A stretch of DNA of 64,000 nucleotides from Coraliomargarita sp. GTDB lineage: Bacteria > Verrucomicrobiota > Verrucomicrobiia > Opitutales > Coraliomargaritaceae. The DNA is taken from assembly GCA_965216325.1 (NCBI GenBank), contig OZ244160.1, forward strand, positions 1,280,001-1,344,000, given 5' to 3'. The translations under genes were made by a program, and so were the position numbers. Shown piece by piece: positions 9,486 to 21,258 of this stretch; the stretch's first letter is position 1; each line of letters opens with the position of its first letter. Below the pieces are notes generated by a model, which saw only the letters and a list, made by a program, of their open reading frames with translations, ran no database searches and had not been told where the DNA came from.

Positions 9486-10637
9486 ATGATTTCCGTTCCT
9501 CTTCTCGATCTAAAGCCACAATACCAAGCGCTCAAAAGCGAACTCGACGCCGTTGTTGCCGAGGTTATCGAATCGCAGTATTTCATCCTCGGCCCAACCG
9601 TGGAAAACTTCGAGCAAGCCTGTGCCAGCTACTGCAACACAGACCACGCAATCGGCGTCTCCTCCGGCACTGACGCGCTGATTGTTGCCATGATGGCCAT
9701 GGGCATTGGTGAAGGCGACGAAGTGATCACCACGCCTTACACCTTCTTTGGCACCGTCGGCTCTATCGTCCGCCTCGGCGCCAAGCCTGTATTCGTCGAC
9801 ATCGAGCCAGACACTTTCAACATCGACGTCAGCAAAATCGAAGCGGCAATCACTCCAAAGACACGTGCCATCGCCCCGGTGCACCTGTTCGGGCAAATGG
9901 CAGACATGCCAGCCATCAAACGCCTCGCCCGCGAGCACGACCTGCTCATCATTGAGGATGCCGCTCAAGCCATTGGCGCCAAGCAAAACGGCCGCCTCGC
10001 CTGCTCTCAGGGCCACATGGGCTGTCTCTCCTTTTTCCCGACCAAGAACCTCGGCGGCTTCGGCGATGGAGGCATGGTGGTCACCAACGACAGCGATTAT
10101 GGGCAAATCTGCAAACAGCTCCGCAACCACGGCATGGAGCCCAAGTATTTCCACCCGCGCGTCGGCGGCAACTTCCGCCTCGATGCCCTGCAAGCCGCGG
10201 TGCTCAACGTCAAACTGAAGCACCTCGACAGCTGGCACGAGCAGCGCCGTGCAAACGCCGCGCTCTACCACAAGCTCTTCAACCAAGCAGGCATCACCCG
10301 CGACCTCGCCGCACTCGAAGCGGGCGAACTCAACAAGGGCGTGTTGCTGCCAGTCGAAAAGGAAGGCAACTATCACATCTACAATCAGTTCGTGATCTAC
10401 GCCGATCAACGCGACGAGCTGATCGCACACATGCGCGCCAACAACGTCGGCTGCGAAATCTACTACCCACTCGCGCTGCACGAGCAAGAGTGCTTCCGCC
10501 TACTCGGCTACCCGAAGGGCGCCTTCCCCAATTCGGAACGTGCCGCCGCCATGAGTGTCGCACTGCCGATCTTCCCGGATCTTTCCGCTGAGCAGATTGC
10601 TCGCGTCGTCGAAGTCATCGCCGACTTCTACGCATAA
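9486..10637 (+). CDS. DegT/DnrJ/EryC1/StrS-family sugar aminotransferase
   Basis: [30 protein letters not shown]; upstream ORF extension is repeat-derived. Confidence 0.95.
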   Translation: MISVPLLDLKPQYQALKSELDAVVAEVIESQYFILGPTVENFEQACASYCNTDHAIGVSSGTDALIVAMMAMGIGEGDEVITTPYTFFGTVGSIVRLGAKPVFVDIEPDTFNIDVSKIEAAITPKTRAIAPVHLFGQMADMPAIKRLAREHDLLIIEDAAQAIGAKQNGRLACSQGHMGCLSFFPTKNLGGFGDGGMVVTNDSDYGQICKQLRNHGMEPKYFHPRVGGNFRLDALQAAVLNVKLKHLDSWHEQRRANAALYHKLFNQAGITRDLAALEAGELNKGVLLPVEKEGNYHIYNQFVIYADQRDELIAHMRANNVGCEIYYPLALHEQECFRLLGYPKGAFPNSERAAAMSVALPIFPDLSAEQIARVVEVIADFYA

Positions 10638-10652
10638 TCCACTTCAACTGTA

Positions 10653-12404
10653 ATGTTTCTCAAGCGCTTCGGCCCCTACTTTAAATACATCAAGCCCGTC
10701 AAACTTCAGTTTGGCTTGGGCCTATTGGCAGGCATGCTCTACGCCGCATCGTCCGGCTTTGGCCTGCCGTTTGTGACCAAATACTTAATTCCTCTCGTCA
10801 CCAGGCCCGGAGACCACGAGGCATCCACAGTCATCCTGTACCTGGCTCTCGTGCCGATCATGTTCTTGCTGCGAGCACTCGGGAGCTTCGCGAATTCATA
10901 CCTGATCGCATATGCTGGCATGCACGTGCTGGAGCAAATCAGGCGCATGGTCTTCGATCACATCCAACGCCTACCACTGGCGTTCTTCCACAACAACAAA
11001 GTCGGCGACCTGATGAGCCGTGTGCTCGGTGACACCGCGCAGCTACAATCTGCTCTCGTTAAAGTGGTCGATAGCCTCATCAAAGAGCCTGCAACACTTA
11101 TTGCCGCAGCGTGCTATCTAGTCTACCTCTCTTACGTCGCAGAGGACATCAGCTTTATTCTCATCGCTCTCGCATCAATTCCCGCCTGTGTGCTGCCCAT
11201 TCGTGCGATCGGCTCAATCATCCTGAAAAAGGCAAAGAAAGCACAGGCCCAAGCTGGCGAACTCAACCACGTCTTAAATGAGAACCTCTCGGCCACACGT
11301 GAAGTTCGCGCCTACAACCTCGAAGCACGAGAAAGTGCACGCTTTGGAGGTGCCTGTTCGATCTTCCTCCAACGCGCCCTAAAAGTCGTCAAATACGACA
11401 AATCACTCACCCCAATTATCGAGGTCGTCACATCACTCGCACTCGTCGGCGCACTATATGTCGCGATCCAACGCGAAATCGACGAGGCTGCACTCGGCTC
11501 GATTATTGTCGCACTCTATATGTGCTATCAGCCGGTCAAGAAACTGGGCGGTGTCTCCAACACCATCCGCAAAGCCGAGGCTTCACTGGACCGCCTAGAA
11601 TACGTGCTCCAAACCGAAGACACCGTGCCGGAATCATCCGATCCTCTGCCAGCACGCAGCCTACGCGGCAACGTCAGCTTCGACAATGTCACTTTCAGCT
11701 ATGACGACGAGGCAGCACTGAAAGCAGTGAGTGTTGATATTACTGCTGGCGAAACTATCGCCCTGGTCGGGCCAAGCGGCGCCGGTAAATCGACCTTCGC
11801 GAATCTGGTTCCTCGTTTCTACGATGCAAGCGAGGGCACGGTATCCGTCGACGGCACCAACGTTCGCGACATGGCCAAAGCCGATCTGCGCAGCCAAATC
11901 GCATTGGTCTCACAGGAAGCGATTCTCTTCAGCGATAGCATCGCCAACAACATTCGTATCGGCAAGGCAGATGCCACACAGGAAGAGATTGAGGCTGCGG
12001 CAAAAATGGCACACGCGCATGACTTCATTCTCGAGCAGGACGAGGGCTACGAAACTGAAGTGGGCGAGCGCGGCTCGAAGCTTTCCGGCGGCCAACGCCA
12101 ACGTATTTCCATTGCCCGCGCCTTCCTCAAGAATGCACCGATCATCGTGCTCGACGAGCCGACCTCCGCACTCGATGCCGAGAGCGAGCACCAAATTCAG
12201 GAAGCACTCGAAGAGCTCTCCAAAGGCCGCACGGTCCTTATTATCGCACACCGCTTTAGCACCATCCAGCATGCCGACCGCATCTTCGTATTCGACGATG
12301 GCGAGATCGTTGCAACTGGTAAGCATACCGACCTCTACGAATCCAACGAACTCTATCGCAGCCTCTACGACAAGCAGTCCAAAACCGCACTGGAACAAAA
12401 CTAG
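10653..12404 (+). CDS. msbA: MsbA-like ABC exporter (TMD+NBD)
   Basis: TM helices, [28 protein letters not shown] context. Confidence 0.75.
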   Translation: MFLKRFGPYFKYIKPVKLQFGLGLLAGMLYAASSGFGLPFVTKYLIPLVTRPGDHEASTVILYLALVPIMFLLRALGSFANSYLIAYAGMHVLEQIRRMVFDHIQRLPLAFFHNNKVGDLMSRVLGDTAQLQSALVKVVDSLIKEPATLIAAACYLVYLSYVAEDISFILIALASIPACVLPIRAIGSIILKKAKKAQAQAGELNHVLNENLSATREVRAYNLEARESARFGGACSIFLQRALKVVKYDKSLTPIIEVVTSLALVGALYVAIQREIDEAALGSIIVALYMCYQPVKKLGGVSNTIRKAEASLDRLEYVLQTEDTVPESSDPLPARSLRGNVSFDNVTFSYDDEAALKAVSVDITAGETIALVGPSGAGKSTFANLVPRFYDASEGTVSVDGTNVRDMAKADLRSQIALVSQEAILFSDSIANNIRIGKADATQEEIEAAAKMAHAHDFILEQDEGYETEVGERGSKLSGGQRQRISIARAFLKNAPIIVLDEPTSALDAESEHQIQEALEELSKGRTVLIIAHRFSTIQHADRIFVFDDGEIVATGKHTDLYESNELYRSLYDKQSKTALEQN

Positions 12405-12474
12405 ATGTAGCACAGGCATCTTGCCGGTGTCCTCCGAATCATTATTCAAAACAGGCGAGACGCCTGTTCTACAT
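12405..12474. repeat. GTAG-family REP doublet
   Basis: ATGTAGCACAGGCATCTTGCC ... ACAGGCGAGACGCCTGTTCTACAT. Confidence 0.8.
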
Positions 12475-12485
12475 AATCAACACAC

Positions 12486-12614
12486 ATGAAACTCAAACAC
12501 CGCATCCTCATTCTACTGTCCGCGATTGTGCTGCTTGGTGCACTGACAGCCTGTAGCTCAACGAGAACTGAAAACGGCGCCACAATCGAGAAACGAGGCT
12601 ACTTCGGCCGATAG
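12486..12614 (+). CDS. Small lipoprotein (42 aa), below ORF-track cutoff
   Basis: MKLKHRILILLSAIVLLGALTA-CSSTRTENGATIEKRGYFGR; basic N-region, hydrophobic core, lipobox LTAC. Confidence 0.7.
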   Translation: MKLKHRILILLSAIVLLGALTACSSTRTENGATIEKRGYFGR

Positions 12615-12660
12615 GCTGTCCTAGCGACACAAGTGCTCATCGAAACGGCAAGCAAACTGC

Positions 12661-13116
12661 CGGGATGGCTGCCCTCAGCCGTCCGGAATGGCACTACCTT
12701 AAGGATCATTACGGGCTGGATGTTCTATTGCGGTATAGACTGTTTAAAGCTCAGGGGGAGGTGGTTTGTTGCTGTGTTATACCATACTGTAACTTTCCCC
12801 GTTAGAAAGGTAGGGAGGTCTGCCCCGACTCGACCTGAGCTCGTCGCAGGTCAGACCTCCGGCGGCACTCGCTCCGACTTTCGGAGGCATGAGGGCATGC
12901 CTCCCTACCCAACAATAGCATTCGTTCTACCAGAAATAGTTGAAGACTGGTATTATAGACCTTTCTTCGGCCATACCCCTCCGTCTGCTTTCGCAGACAC
13001 CTCCCCTTGGCGGGGAGGAGCTATTTGTCTCTGAGAATTCTTAAATTTGCCTTAAGGTAGTGCCATTCAGGACGCACCTGCGCGATACCGGACGCATGAG
13101 GGCATGCGTCCCTACC
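12661..13116. repeat. Nested repeat cluster: REPIN interrupted by an IR-bounded segment holding further REPs
   Basis: 19-bp perfect IR at 12686-12704 / 13050-13068; inner REPIN 12809-12909; hairpin repeat 12976-13020; outer arms 12661-12685 and 13089-13116. Confidence 0.75.
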
Positions 13117-13125
13117 CCTTGTCAT

Positions 13126-15978
13126 CTACGAACGCATCGCCTGCTGCGTTGGCGTCTCCAGAGCATTCTTAAAGTCGAGTGCATTGCCGGCATAGACTAA
13201 CTCACCTCCAGCATCGCCCCCCTCGGGTCCGAGTTCGAGGATCCAGTCAGCCATGCCGATCACATCCAGATCGTGCTCAATCACGACAATGGTGTTGCCC
13301 GCATCACGCAGTTTAAACAGCAAGTCCATCAAACGCTGCACGTCCAACCAATGTAAGCCCGTCGTCGGTTCATCCAAAATATAAAGCGTCTCTCCCTGCT
13401 GACGCTTGCTCAGCTCTAACGATAATTTAATGCGCTGCGCCTCACCCCCTGAGAGTGTCGTTGCAGGCTGACCGAGTTTGATATAGCCCAAGCCCACATC
13501 CGACAGGGTGCGGAGTTTTTCGTAGATACGCGGCTGTTTGTCAAACACCTCGAGTGCTTCATCGACACTCATCTCCAACACATCGGCAATACTGAGTCCC
13601 TTAAAGCGCACATCCAGCGTCTCACGGTTATAACGTCGCCCATGACAGCTGGGACACTCGGTATACACATCCGCCATGAACTGCATATCCAGCTTAATCA
13701 CCCCATCGCCCTTGCAGCGCTCACAACGCCCACCGGATATATTGAAACTAAAGCGGCTGCTCTTGTAGCCACGAATTTTTGCCAGCGAACACTTGGCAAA
13801 CAAATCACGCAATTGATCAAACAACTTGGTATAGGTCGCCGGATTCGAGCGTGGGCTGCGGCCAATGGGATCCTGATTGACCTGCACGACCGAGCTAAAA
13901 TTGTCCAAGCCTTCAATCCGCTGATGCTTCCCCGGGATCGACTTTGCGCGATTCAATTTAAAGGCCGCGGCCTTTGCGAGGATGTCATTCACCAGAGTGC
14001 TCTTACCCGAACCCGACATACCGCACACCACGGTCAACAAACCCACCGGCAGCCGTGCATCGATCGCTTTCAAGTTGTGCTCCTTCGCACCACGCACGAT
14101 CAACCAATCTGTCTTTGGCTCCAGTGTTTCCACATATTTCTCCACGCGCTGAGCCCCCGACAGAAACATCCCGGAACGACTGGACTTCGATTGATACAAT
14201 TCCTGCGGCGCACCTTCGAAAATCACCTCGCCTCCTTGGCTCCCCGCACCCGGTCCCAGTTCGATCAGATGGTCCGCGGCACGCATCGTGTCGCCGTCGT
14301 GCTCCACGACCACCACCGAATTCCCCCGATCACGTAGACCCACGAGCGTCTTAATCAGTCGGCGATTATCCAAGGGGTGCAGCCCGATACTGGGCTCGTC
14401 CAATAGATAGACGACGCCAACGAGCGACATTCCCAACTGTGTCGCCAAGCGCACACGCTGCGCCTCCCCGCCACTCAGCGTGGCATAGGCACGCTCGAGC
14501 GTCAGGTAGCTTAGGCCAACTTCATTCAAGAAAGACAAGCGTGACGACAAGCCACGCACCGCATCACTCACCGTCTGATAACGATCGCTGGCCTGTAACT
14601 TCGCCACAAAGGCTCCGGCCTCCTGCAAGGACATCCTCAGAAAGTCCGTAATTGAGATGCCTTCTATGAGCACATTCAAACTCGCAGCATTCAAACGCTT
14701 GCCACCACAGGTCGCACAACGACTACTGGTTTGATAGGCCATCAGCCGTGCACGCAGGCCATCGCTGCTGGTGCTGCGGCGCGTTGCCTCCAAGTCAGCC
14801 AACACCCCTTCGTAGGGCATCATCTCCGGCTTCGAGTTGCCACCCTTTAGCTTAAAGCTAAACAAGCGCTCACCGGTGCCCTGCAAAATTTGTTCGCGCA
14901 CCGCCTCGTCCAATTCCTCCCAGGGCAGATTCGGATCGAACGGTAACTGCTCCGCGAGCTGTTTCAGAATCGCATTGTGTTTAATGATCATCTGCTTCGA
15001 TCCGAGACGCCAAGGCTTGATCGCGCCCTTTTTCACCGACTTCGATGTATCCGGCACCAACAACTCGGGCTGAAATTGCAAGGTCTCGCCCAAGCCACCG
15101 CAGGTCTCGCACGCACCCTCTGCATGGTTCCACGAAAAGTGGCGTGGCGTGACCGGCTCATAGACCGTGCCGCAGACGACGCAACTCAAGCGATTGCTCA
15201 AGGCCAACTCTCGCCAGTCCTCACTGCCTCGCTCTTGGATCAAAATAAGTGCTCGGTCGTCGCCCTCACTAAAGGCCAACTCCAGGGAATCTGCCAAACG
15301 ACTGCGCTGATCCTCGCGCAAGACGATACGATCCACCACGATCTCAACCGTGATCTCTTTCGCCTTGGAATCAATCAAGTCACGCTCGTCCAAGCGACGC
15401 ACCTCGCCGTTCAAACGAACGCGCTGAAAGCCCCGCTGCTGTAAGCGTGGCAACTCCTCACGCAAGATCGCCGGCTTGCTCACCATCCACGGAGCCAGAA
15501 TCATCAGTCGACTGCCTTCCGGCTCCGCAAACACACGCGTCAGGCAATCATCCATCGAACGGCGCTCGATCAAGCCACCATCCTTCGGGCAATACGCCGT
15601 GCCACAGACCGACCAAAGCACACGCGCAAAGTCAGCAATCTCGGTAACGGTTGCCACCGTGCTGCGCGGATTCGCCCCACTACCCGTGCGCTGCTCCACT
15701 GCAATCACCGGCGACAGTCCCTCGATGAAATCGACATCCGGGCGCGGGATCTGCTCCAGCACCATGCGCGCTTTGGTCGACAAGCTATCAATATACTTGC
15801 GGTAGCCTTCGGCATAGACCGTATCAAAGGCCAACGACGACTTGCCCGATCCACTCACACCAGTGATCACCACCAATTGATTGCGTGGAATATCAACGCT
15901 AATGTTGCGAAGGTTATGTTCACGCGCGCCGTTCACAGATATGGTCTCGGCTATCGGGCTGGAATCAGGCGTTTTCAT
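13126..15978 (-). CDS. uvrA: Excinuclease ABC subunit A
   Basis: GAREHNL, two ABC cassettes ([26 protein letters not shown]), Zn fingers. Confidence 0.97.
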   Translation of the reverse strand: MKTPDSSPIAETISVNGAREHNLRNISVDIPRNQLVVITGVSGSGKSSLAFDTVYAEGYRKYIDSLSTKARMVLEQIPRPDVDFIEGLSPVIAVEQRTGSGANPRSTVATVTEIADFARVLWSVCGTAYCPKDGGLIERRSMDDCLTRVFAEPEGSRLMILAPWMVSKPAILREELPRLQQRGFQRVRLNGEVRRLDERDLIDSKAKEITVEIVVDRIVLREDQRSRLADSLELAFSEGDDRALILIQERGSEDWRELALSNRLSCVVCGTVYEPVTPRHFSWNHAEGACETCGGLGETLQFQPELLVPDTSKSVKKGAIKPWRLGSKQMIIKHNAILKQLAEQLPFDPNLPWEELDEAVREQILQGTGERLFSFKLKGGNSKPEMMPYEGVLADLEATRRSTSSDGLRARLMAYQTSSRCATCGGKRLNAASLNVLIEGISITDFLRMSLQEAGAFVAKLQASDRYQTVSDAVRGLSSRLSFLNEVGLSYLTLERAYATLSGGEAQRVRLATQLGMSLVGVVYLLDEPSIGLHPLDNRRLIKTLVGLRDRGNSVVVVEHDGDTMRAADHLIELGPGAGSQGGEVIFEGAPQELYQSKSSRSGMFLSGAQRVEKYVETLEPKTDWLIVRGAKEHNLKAIDARLPVGLLTVVCGMSGSGKSTLVNDILAKAAAFKLNRAKSIPGKHQRIEGLDNFSSVVQVNQDPIGRSPRSNPATYTKLFDQLRDLFAKCSLAKIRGYKSSRFSFNISGGRCERCKGDGVIKLDMQFMADVYTECPSCHGRRYNRETLDVRFKGLSIADVLEMSVDEALEVFDKQPRIYEKLRTLSDVGLGYIKLGQPATTLSGGEAQRIKLSLELSKRQQGETLYILDEPTTGLHWLDVQRLMDLLFKLRDAGNTIVVIEHDLDVIGMADWILELGPEGGDAGGELVYAGNALDFKNALETPTQQAMRS

Positions 15979-16091
15979 CGCAACAAACCTTTAATCTATA
16001 ACAGGCTTTTTCAGGCGCGCAAACCCATAAAAAACGCGCGAAAAACGGCGTTTTACGTTGTCAGGTAGCAGCCCAGAACTAGTATAACACT

Positions 16092-16379
16092 ATGAGCCAA
16101 GCAATGTTACCCATTCTCTACGTTAAGTCCGGTTGCCCTTGGTGTCGCGAGGCACTTGCTTACTTCAACGGCCAGGGGGTCGAGCTCGATGTACGCGACG
16201 TTACGACCAACCCAAAGGACATGGATGCGATGGTGAACATCAGTGGCCAAACCAAAGCCCCGACCTTCGAGTATGAGGATTTTGTGGTCGCCGACTTCTC
16301 GGTGGATGAATTCCTCGCCGAGCTTAACGACTTCCCTGAAGTGCGCCACAATCTTGGACTCAGCGATAGCGACGGCTAA
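16092..16379 (+). CDS. Glutaredoxin-family protein
   Basis: CPWC active site, SGQTKAPT. Confidence 0.85.
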   Translation: MSQAMLPILYVKSGCPWCREALAYFNGQGVELDVRDVTTNPKDMDAMVNISGQTKAPTFEYEDFVVADFSVDEFLAELNDFPEVRHNLGLSDSDG

Positions 16380-16407
16380 CTGTAGCACATAGATCCTCCA
16401 CTTTTTA

Positions 16408-16436
16408 ACGTCTACTCACCCGGTAGGCGTTTTTTG
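16408..16436 (+). terminator. Probable Rho-independent terminator
   Basis: ACGTCTAC/GTAGGCGT stem followed by a T-run. Confidence 0.55.
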
Positions 16437-16444
16437 TGCTCCTA

Positions 16445-16579
16445 GCGTAGCATGCAGCTTTAGCAAACGCTTCTCAAAAGGCTATATATCAGCAAGACCA
16501 CACCGCCCTGATGCATGCTAGACATACGGCTGCATCAGCTCGTGCACAGTAGAGCGTTTGCTAAAGCTGCACGCTACGC
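16445..16579. repeat. GTAG-family REPIN
   Basis: GCGTAGCATGCAGCTTTAGCAAACGCT ... AGCGTTTGCTAAAGCTGCACGCTACGC long inverted repeat. Confidence 0.85.
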
Positions 16580-16604
16580 CCCAAGAACCAAGGTCTAGCA
16601 CAAA

Positions 16605-16676
16605 GGTTGGGACGGCTGCTTCCAGCCGTCCGCCGAACCGCTACAACACCGGGCGCATGAGGCATGCGTCCCTAGC
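16605..16676. repeat. REPIN, GGTAGGGACG..CGTCCCTACC family (degenerate)
   Basis: Arms match 12661-12685 and 13089-13116. Confidence 0.75.
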
Positions 16677-16737
16677 TCCTCAATACTGTAAATTAGCATC
16701 GCTAATGCAGAGTCGAAAACTTGGCGCACTTTTCTTA

Positions 16738-16751
16738 TTGATTAGAATCAA
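16738..16751. promoter_or_regulatory. FNR-type binding site
   Basis: TTGAT-TAGA-ATCAA, a perfect TTGAT-N4-ATCAA; candidate -10 TAGATT at 16774-16779. Confidence 0.65.
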
Positions 16752-16813
16752 TTAAGCTGCAAATTTCCTGCATTAGATTTTCTGATCCTAACTTTATCCA
16801 ATAATAAAAACTC

Positions 16814-18283
16814 ATGACTGCTCAAAAGTTTAAAAATCGTTGGCTCGTCGCGGCAAGTGCCGTGGGTGTGCACGTATCGATCGGCTCGATCTACGCCTAC
16901 AGCGCGTGGAAGATGCCTTTGGAAAACATGTTCGGCTGGTCTCCGAGCGCGACAACGGGCGCCTTCAGCCTCGCCATTTTCTTCCTCGGCTTGTCCGCCG
17001 CCTTTCTTGGGCGCTTCATTGAGAAAAAGGGCCCTTCCAAAGGTGGCCTGCTCTCGGCAGCCTTTTTCTGCGTGGGTCTGATCGGCGCAGGTGTGGCCTG
17101 CCTCATGGGCAGCCTGCCGTTGTTCTATCTGTTCTTTGGCGTCGTCAGTGGTATCGGCCTCGGGGTCGGCTACATTTCGCCGGTCTCAACGCTGGTTAAA
17201 TGGTTCCCCGACCGCCGTGGTCTCGCGACCGGCTTGGCGATTATGGGCTTCGGCTTCGGCGGACTCATCTGTGCGCGCCTGATCGACGTGCTGGTGCCCG
17301 TAGAGCAAGAGCTGACCATTCCCAAGTATGTTCAGGTCGTGGATGGCGAAGCAGCCGCTCCGCTCAACAAGGTTGAATTCGTGCAAGACTACTTGGCAAA
17401 AACTCCGGAAGAGCAAACTGCCATCGCGGGCACCCCTGTGCCGGAAGGCGTCGAAAGCCAGAAGGTGTTGGTCTATGATCCCAAGAAAATCGCCTACGCC
17501 TTCATGATTCTCGGCGTGCTGTATGCCTGTGTGATGGTGCCCTCCGCGCTCTACATCGCACCACCGCCCAAGGAGTGGGTCGAGGCCTACATGCAAGGCA
17601 TCCCGCAAAAGGCCAAAGCCGCCGCAAGCAAGAGCAACGAGCTCACCGCGAAACAAGCCATCAAAACCTTCGGTTTCTATGGACTCTGGCTAATGCTCTT
17701 CATCAACGTCTCCTGCGGCATCGCCCTCATCGCGACTGCGAAAAAAATGGGCTACGAAATGGTTCACCTCTCCGCGGCGATGTCGACCTGGCTGGTCATG
17801 GGCATCTCACTCTTTAATGGCTTGGGCCGTATCTTCTGGGCATCGATCTCCGACTTTATCGGACGTTCCAACACCTACATCGCATTCTTTGCCTTACAGA
17901 TCATCGCCTTCCCCCTGCTCGCCCACATCACCGCGACACCAGTCGTCTTCATGATCGTCACCTTTGTCATCCTGACTTGCTATGGCGGCGGCTTTGCATC
18001 GATCCCCGCGTATATCAGCGACCTGTTCGGCGTGAAGGAAATGCCCACCATCCACGGCTACATCCTCACCGCATGGTCCCTCGCAGGCGTCTGTGGTCCG
18101 ACGATCAACTCTTTCGTGTATGAGCGCACCCAGAGTTACCAAGGCAGTCTTTACGTCTTCGGTGGCGCTTTCGTGGTCGCGCTCATCGTGGCGATCCTCA
18201 TGAAGTTCGAGATCAAGCGCCTCAAGCATCACTACACCGACGCCGAAGTCGAAGCAGCCCGTCCACACACGCACGACGTGTAG
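16814..18283 (+). CDS. OFA-family MFS transporter (oxalate/formate/lactate-type)
   Basis: [29 protein letters not shown]. Confidence 0.88.
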   Translation: MTAQKFKNRWLVAASAVGVHVSIGSIYAYSAWKMPLENMFGWSPSATTGAFSLAIFFLGLSAAFLGRFIEKKGPSKGGLLSAAFFCVGLIGAGVACLMGSLPLFYLFFGVVSGIGLGVGYISPVSTLVKWFPDRRGLATGLAIMGFGFGGLICARLIDVLVPVEQELTIPKYVQVVDGEAAAPLNKVEFVQDYLAKTPEEQTAIAGTPVPEGVESQKVLVYDPKKIAYAFMILGVLYACVMVPSALYIAPPPKEWVEAYMQGIPQKAKAAASKSNELTAKQAIKTFGFYGLWLMLFINVSCGIALIATAKKMGYEMVHLSAAMSTWLVMGISLFNGLGRIFWASISDFIGRSNTYIAFFALQIIAFPLLAHITATPVVFMIVTFVILTCYGGGFASIPAYISDLFGVKEMPTIHGYILTAWSLAGVCGPTINSFVYERTQSYQGSLYVFGGAFVVALIVAILMKFEIKRLKHHYTDAEVEAARPHTHDV

Positions 18284-18286
18284 AAA

Positions 18287-18357
18287 GTAGAAGCGCGCTT
18301 CCAGCCGCTTCCATTCCAACCATCTAACAGCGGCTGCCTCGGCGAGGCAGCCCTACC
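18287..18357. repeat. GTAG-family REP doublet
   Basis: GTAGAAGCG..CGCTTC and GGCTGCCTCGGCGAGGCAGCCCTACC. Confidence 0.7.
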
Positions 18358-18383
18358 TATTTGCCTCCGACCACCGTATCCGG

Positions 18384-19337
18384 ATGACCACTACAGACTA
18401 TCCATGGGGGCATCAACGGCGCTTCAACGCCTACCCTCAGTATTTCAAGAAGCACTTTGGCGCACGCGTGCAGAAAGTGTCGATTGATGCCGGATTCAGC
18501 TGCCCAAACCGCGACGGCACCGTGAGCTTCGGTGGCTGCACGTTTTGCGATAACGACTCCTTCAACCCCTCCTACTGTCAGCCCGACAAACCCGTCGCAC
18601 AACAGATCGAAGAAGGCATCCGTTTTCATAGCAAACGCTACCACAAGCCCAAACAACACCTCGCCTACTTCCAAGCTTACACGAACACCCACGCCCCACT
18701 CCGCACACTCAAAGCACTCTACGATGAGGCACTCAGCGTGCCCAACATCGTCGGCCTGGTCATCGGCACACGGCCCGACTGCATCGATGCGGAGAAGCTC
18801 AACTACTTCCGGGAACTCGCGGAGACGCAATACGTCATTCTCGAAATCGGCATCGAGTCCTGCTACGATGCCACCCTCAAACGCATCAACCGTGGCCACA
18901 ACTACCAGCAAGCCGTCGACGCCATCGAGCTCACCGCGGAATATGGCGTCAAAGTCGGCAGTCACCTCATCTTCGGCCTCCCCGGCGAAAGCGAAGACAT
19001 GATGCTCGCGCAAGCCGAGCTGCTTTCGAAACTACCGCTCAACACCATCAAATTCCATCAGCTCAATCTGGTGCGCGGCACCGCGATGGTAAAAGACTTC
19101 GAGAAGCACCCCGACGATTTCCGCTTCTTCGAACTCGACGAGTATCTCGACTTCATGGTGCGCTTCATCGAGCAACTCAATCCCAGCATTGTCATCGAAC
19201 GCTTCTTCAGCGAAGCGCCCCCCGCCGATAACTTGACACCGATTCAATGGGGCCTGCGCAACGACCAGATGCTCAATCTACTGGAACGAGAGCTCGAGCA
19301 ACGCAACGCCTGGCAGGGACGCCTCTATTCCGACTAA
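18384..19337 (+). CDS. TIGR01212/YhcC-family radical SAM protein
   Basis: [29 protein letters not shown]. Confidence 0.9.
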   Translation: MTTTDYPWGHQRRFNAYPQYFKKHFGARVQKVSIDAGFSCPNRDGTVSFGGCTFCDNDSFNPSYCQPDKPVAQQIEEGIRFHSKRYHKPKQHLAYFQAYTNTHAPLRTLKALYDEALSVPNIVGLVIGTRPDCIDAEKLNYFRELAETQYVILEIGIESCYDATLKRINRGHNYQQAVDAIELTAEYGVKVGSHLIFGLPGESEDMMLAQAELLSKLPLNTIKFHQLNLVRGTAMVKDFEKHPDDFRFFELDEYLDFMVRFIEQLNPSIVIERFFSEAPPADNLTPIQWGLRNDQMLNLLERELEQRNAWQGRLYSD

Positions 19338-19479
19338 CACTGCAAAAATAGACGGTTGCACATACCTCCGATAAGTCCGCTAGCATCTTGTCACAAAATG
19401 TGGATAACACCGATTTGGAATGTTATCTTATTAGGCTAACGTGAAATACCTTGCGCCATTTGCATTTCAGGACAACAAA

Positions 19480-19519
19480 TTGGAATATTAGCACAAAATG
19501 ATACAATAACTTGTTCGGT
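19480..19519 (+). promoter_or_regulatory. Putative attI-like site with overlapping Pc-like promoter
   Basis: TTGGAA-N16-TACAAT with extended -10 TG; core G|TTCGGT (19513-19519) is the exact complement of R'' ACCGAAC ending cassette 1. Confidence 0.6.
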
Positions 19520-19526
19520 AAAAATA

Positions 19527-19796
19527 ATGGAAGCAATACGATACTCGACAGGCGAAATCGTAAAGAAAGGCGATCAAGTCGTGATCACCCATTCACTGGC
19601 TTCCAGACTTATTTCGATCCTAACACTTAAGCCTAAAGGAAAAACAGAAAAAGGAACTGTTGTAGGAGTCTACGATCCCGATCAGCCAATAATTCCAAAT
19701 GGAGAAAATGAGTATGGGATCTGCATCAAGTATCCGGATGGCCATTGGAGCTGGGGAGTCCCAGGAAGCGAAACCAAACTTAAACGAAGAAACTAA
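19527..19796 (+). CDS. Hypothetical protein, gene cassette 1
   Basis: AT-rich 89-aa ORF bounded by the core site and attC. Confidence 0.7.
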   Translation: MEAIRYSTGEIVKKGDQVVITHSLASRLISILTLKPKGKTEKGTVVGVYDPDQPIIPNGENEYGICIKYPDGHWSWGVPGSETKLKRRN

Positions 19797-19799
19797 AAC

Positions 19800-19855
19800 A
19801 CCGAACCCTGAAGTTATCAATCGCGCGCAGCCGCGTTGATAACTGATTGTTGAAC
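19800..19855 (+). other. attC site 1
   Basis: ACCGAAC ... AGTTATCAA/TTGATAACT stem ... GTTGAAC. Confidence 0.8.
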
Positions 19856-20154
19856 AAGCCCGCCCTTGGATTAACGGCGCGGCTTAGTATATGCGAAACG
19901 CTTTTGGCGGCACTGCTGGAGGGGCGTTCGGATCGACGCGGCTAGGAGATTTGTAAATCTCAAGCTGCGGCAGGCATGTGGTTTTCCGGCATCATGCCGT
20001 AAAACCACATCAGCACAGAGAGTTGGTGTGGGCGCAGCTAAATAATGGCGTTTTCGTATCCACGCTACGGATACATCCCAAAAACGGGCACAAGCAAGCA
20101 CGGCCCAAATCTGATGGGATTCGGGGCTGCGGCCTGTCTGTTGAACACGGTTGA

Positions 20155-21258
20155 TCATTTGCGGTAAAGTAAGGCGGTGCTCAGCGGTGGGCCACGGACT
20201 GGACGGAGCTTGCCGACGCGGTGCAGCTGCCCCTCGCAACAAGGACAACGCAGAGGCTGTTCTTCAGGTAGTTGGATCGCAGGTGCACGGCCGCCGAGCA
20301 GGAAGCGCAGCCTGCGGTATTTATCCCGCGCGGCAGCTGAGAGGGTGCCATAGTGCCGCACGCGTGTCAGCCCCTTGGGCAGAACATGCAGCAGCCAGCG
20401 GCGTATCAGCTCGGCGGGCTCAAGAGCCATCAGCCTGCGCTGGCCCGTAGCCGAATCGGTCCACCATAGCCGCACACGCCCTTGCGCATCGTAACCAGCC
20501 AGACGTTCTTCACTGAAGGCGCTCTTGCCCACATACGCCGCGAGGTAGCGTAGTGCACGTTTGCCACGACCAACCGGTTGAACGTTCACGTTCCAATCCA
20601 TACGCGCGAGTTGTGGATCCAGTTCAGCAGACCGGCCCGGATGTTTCTCGCGCAACGCACGCAGGAACTGGTCGCGATAGCTGCGCGCCAGCGCGGCATA
20701 CGGCAACAGGTAGTTCTCGTGCTTGGCGCGGATTACTTCGCATCCGCTCTGGCTGAGTGCAGCGGCAGGCACGAGCACGTGCACATGCGGGTGATACTGC
20801 ACTTGCCGTGTCCACGTATGCAGCACCGCCACAAAGCCCGGCTCGCCACCAAAGTGCTTCGGATTGGCAAACAGTTCTTTGATCGCTCCAGAGCTGGCCG
20901 CGAACAACAACTGATAGGCGACCCGGTCGTAGCGCAGGAAGAACCCGCGCAGTTGCTCGGGCACCGTGAAGGTCAGCATGAAGTATGGCACCGGTAAGCG
21001 GCGAGCCTGTTGGCGTGCTGACCACAGCTGCTGCGTGCGCCCTCCACAACTCGGACAGGCTCGATGGTTGCAGCTGTGATACACATAGTGCTCACGCTCG
21101 CAACTGGCACACAGGTGCACATGCCCGCCCAATCTAGACGTGCGACAACTCAAGACGGCTTCGACTGCTCGCCAGTGTGCGGCAGGGATCTTGTGTGCCC
21201 CGCCGCGCGCGCTGACATACTCCGGCCAATGCCGCCGCAGTAGATCGGCCAGCCTCAA
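20155..21258 (-). CDS. IS91-family rolling-circle transposase
   Basis: Zn-binding N-domain (C..C, HSCNHRACPSC), HUH HPHVH, YLAAY (YxxxY), RVRHYG; TTG start overlaps recombinase stop. Confidence 0.93.
   Translation of the reverse strand: MRLADLLRRHWPEYVSARGGAHKIPAAHWRAVEAVLSCRTSRLGGHVHLCASCEREHYVYHSCNHRACPSCGGRTQQLWSARQQARRLPVPYFMLTFTVPEQLRGFFLRYDRVAYQLLFAASSGAIKELFANPKHFGGEPGFVAVLHTWTRQVQYHPHVHVLVPAAALSQSGCEVIRAKHENYLLPYAALARSYRDQFLRALREKHPGRSAELDPQLARMDWNVNVQPVGRGKRALRYLAAYVGKSAFSEERLAGYDAQGRVRLWWTDSATGQRRLMALEPAELIRRWLLHVLPKGLTRVRHYGTLSAAARDKYRRLRFLLGGRAPAIQLPEEQPLRCPCCEGQLHRVGKLRPVRGPPLSTALLYRK

Noticed and set aside
12633..13034. 133-aa ORF
   Set aside because: Made almost entirely of palindromic repeats; no protein-like features
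15979..16091. LexA box upstream of uvrA
   Set aside because: No convincing palindrome found
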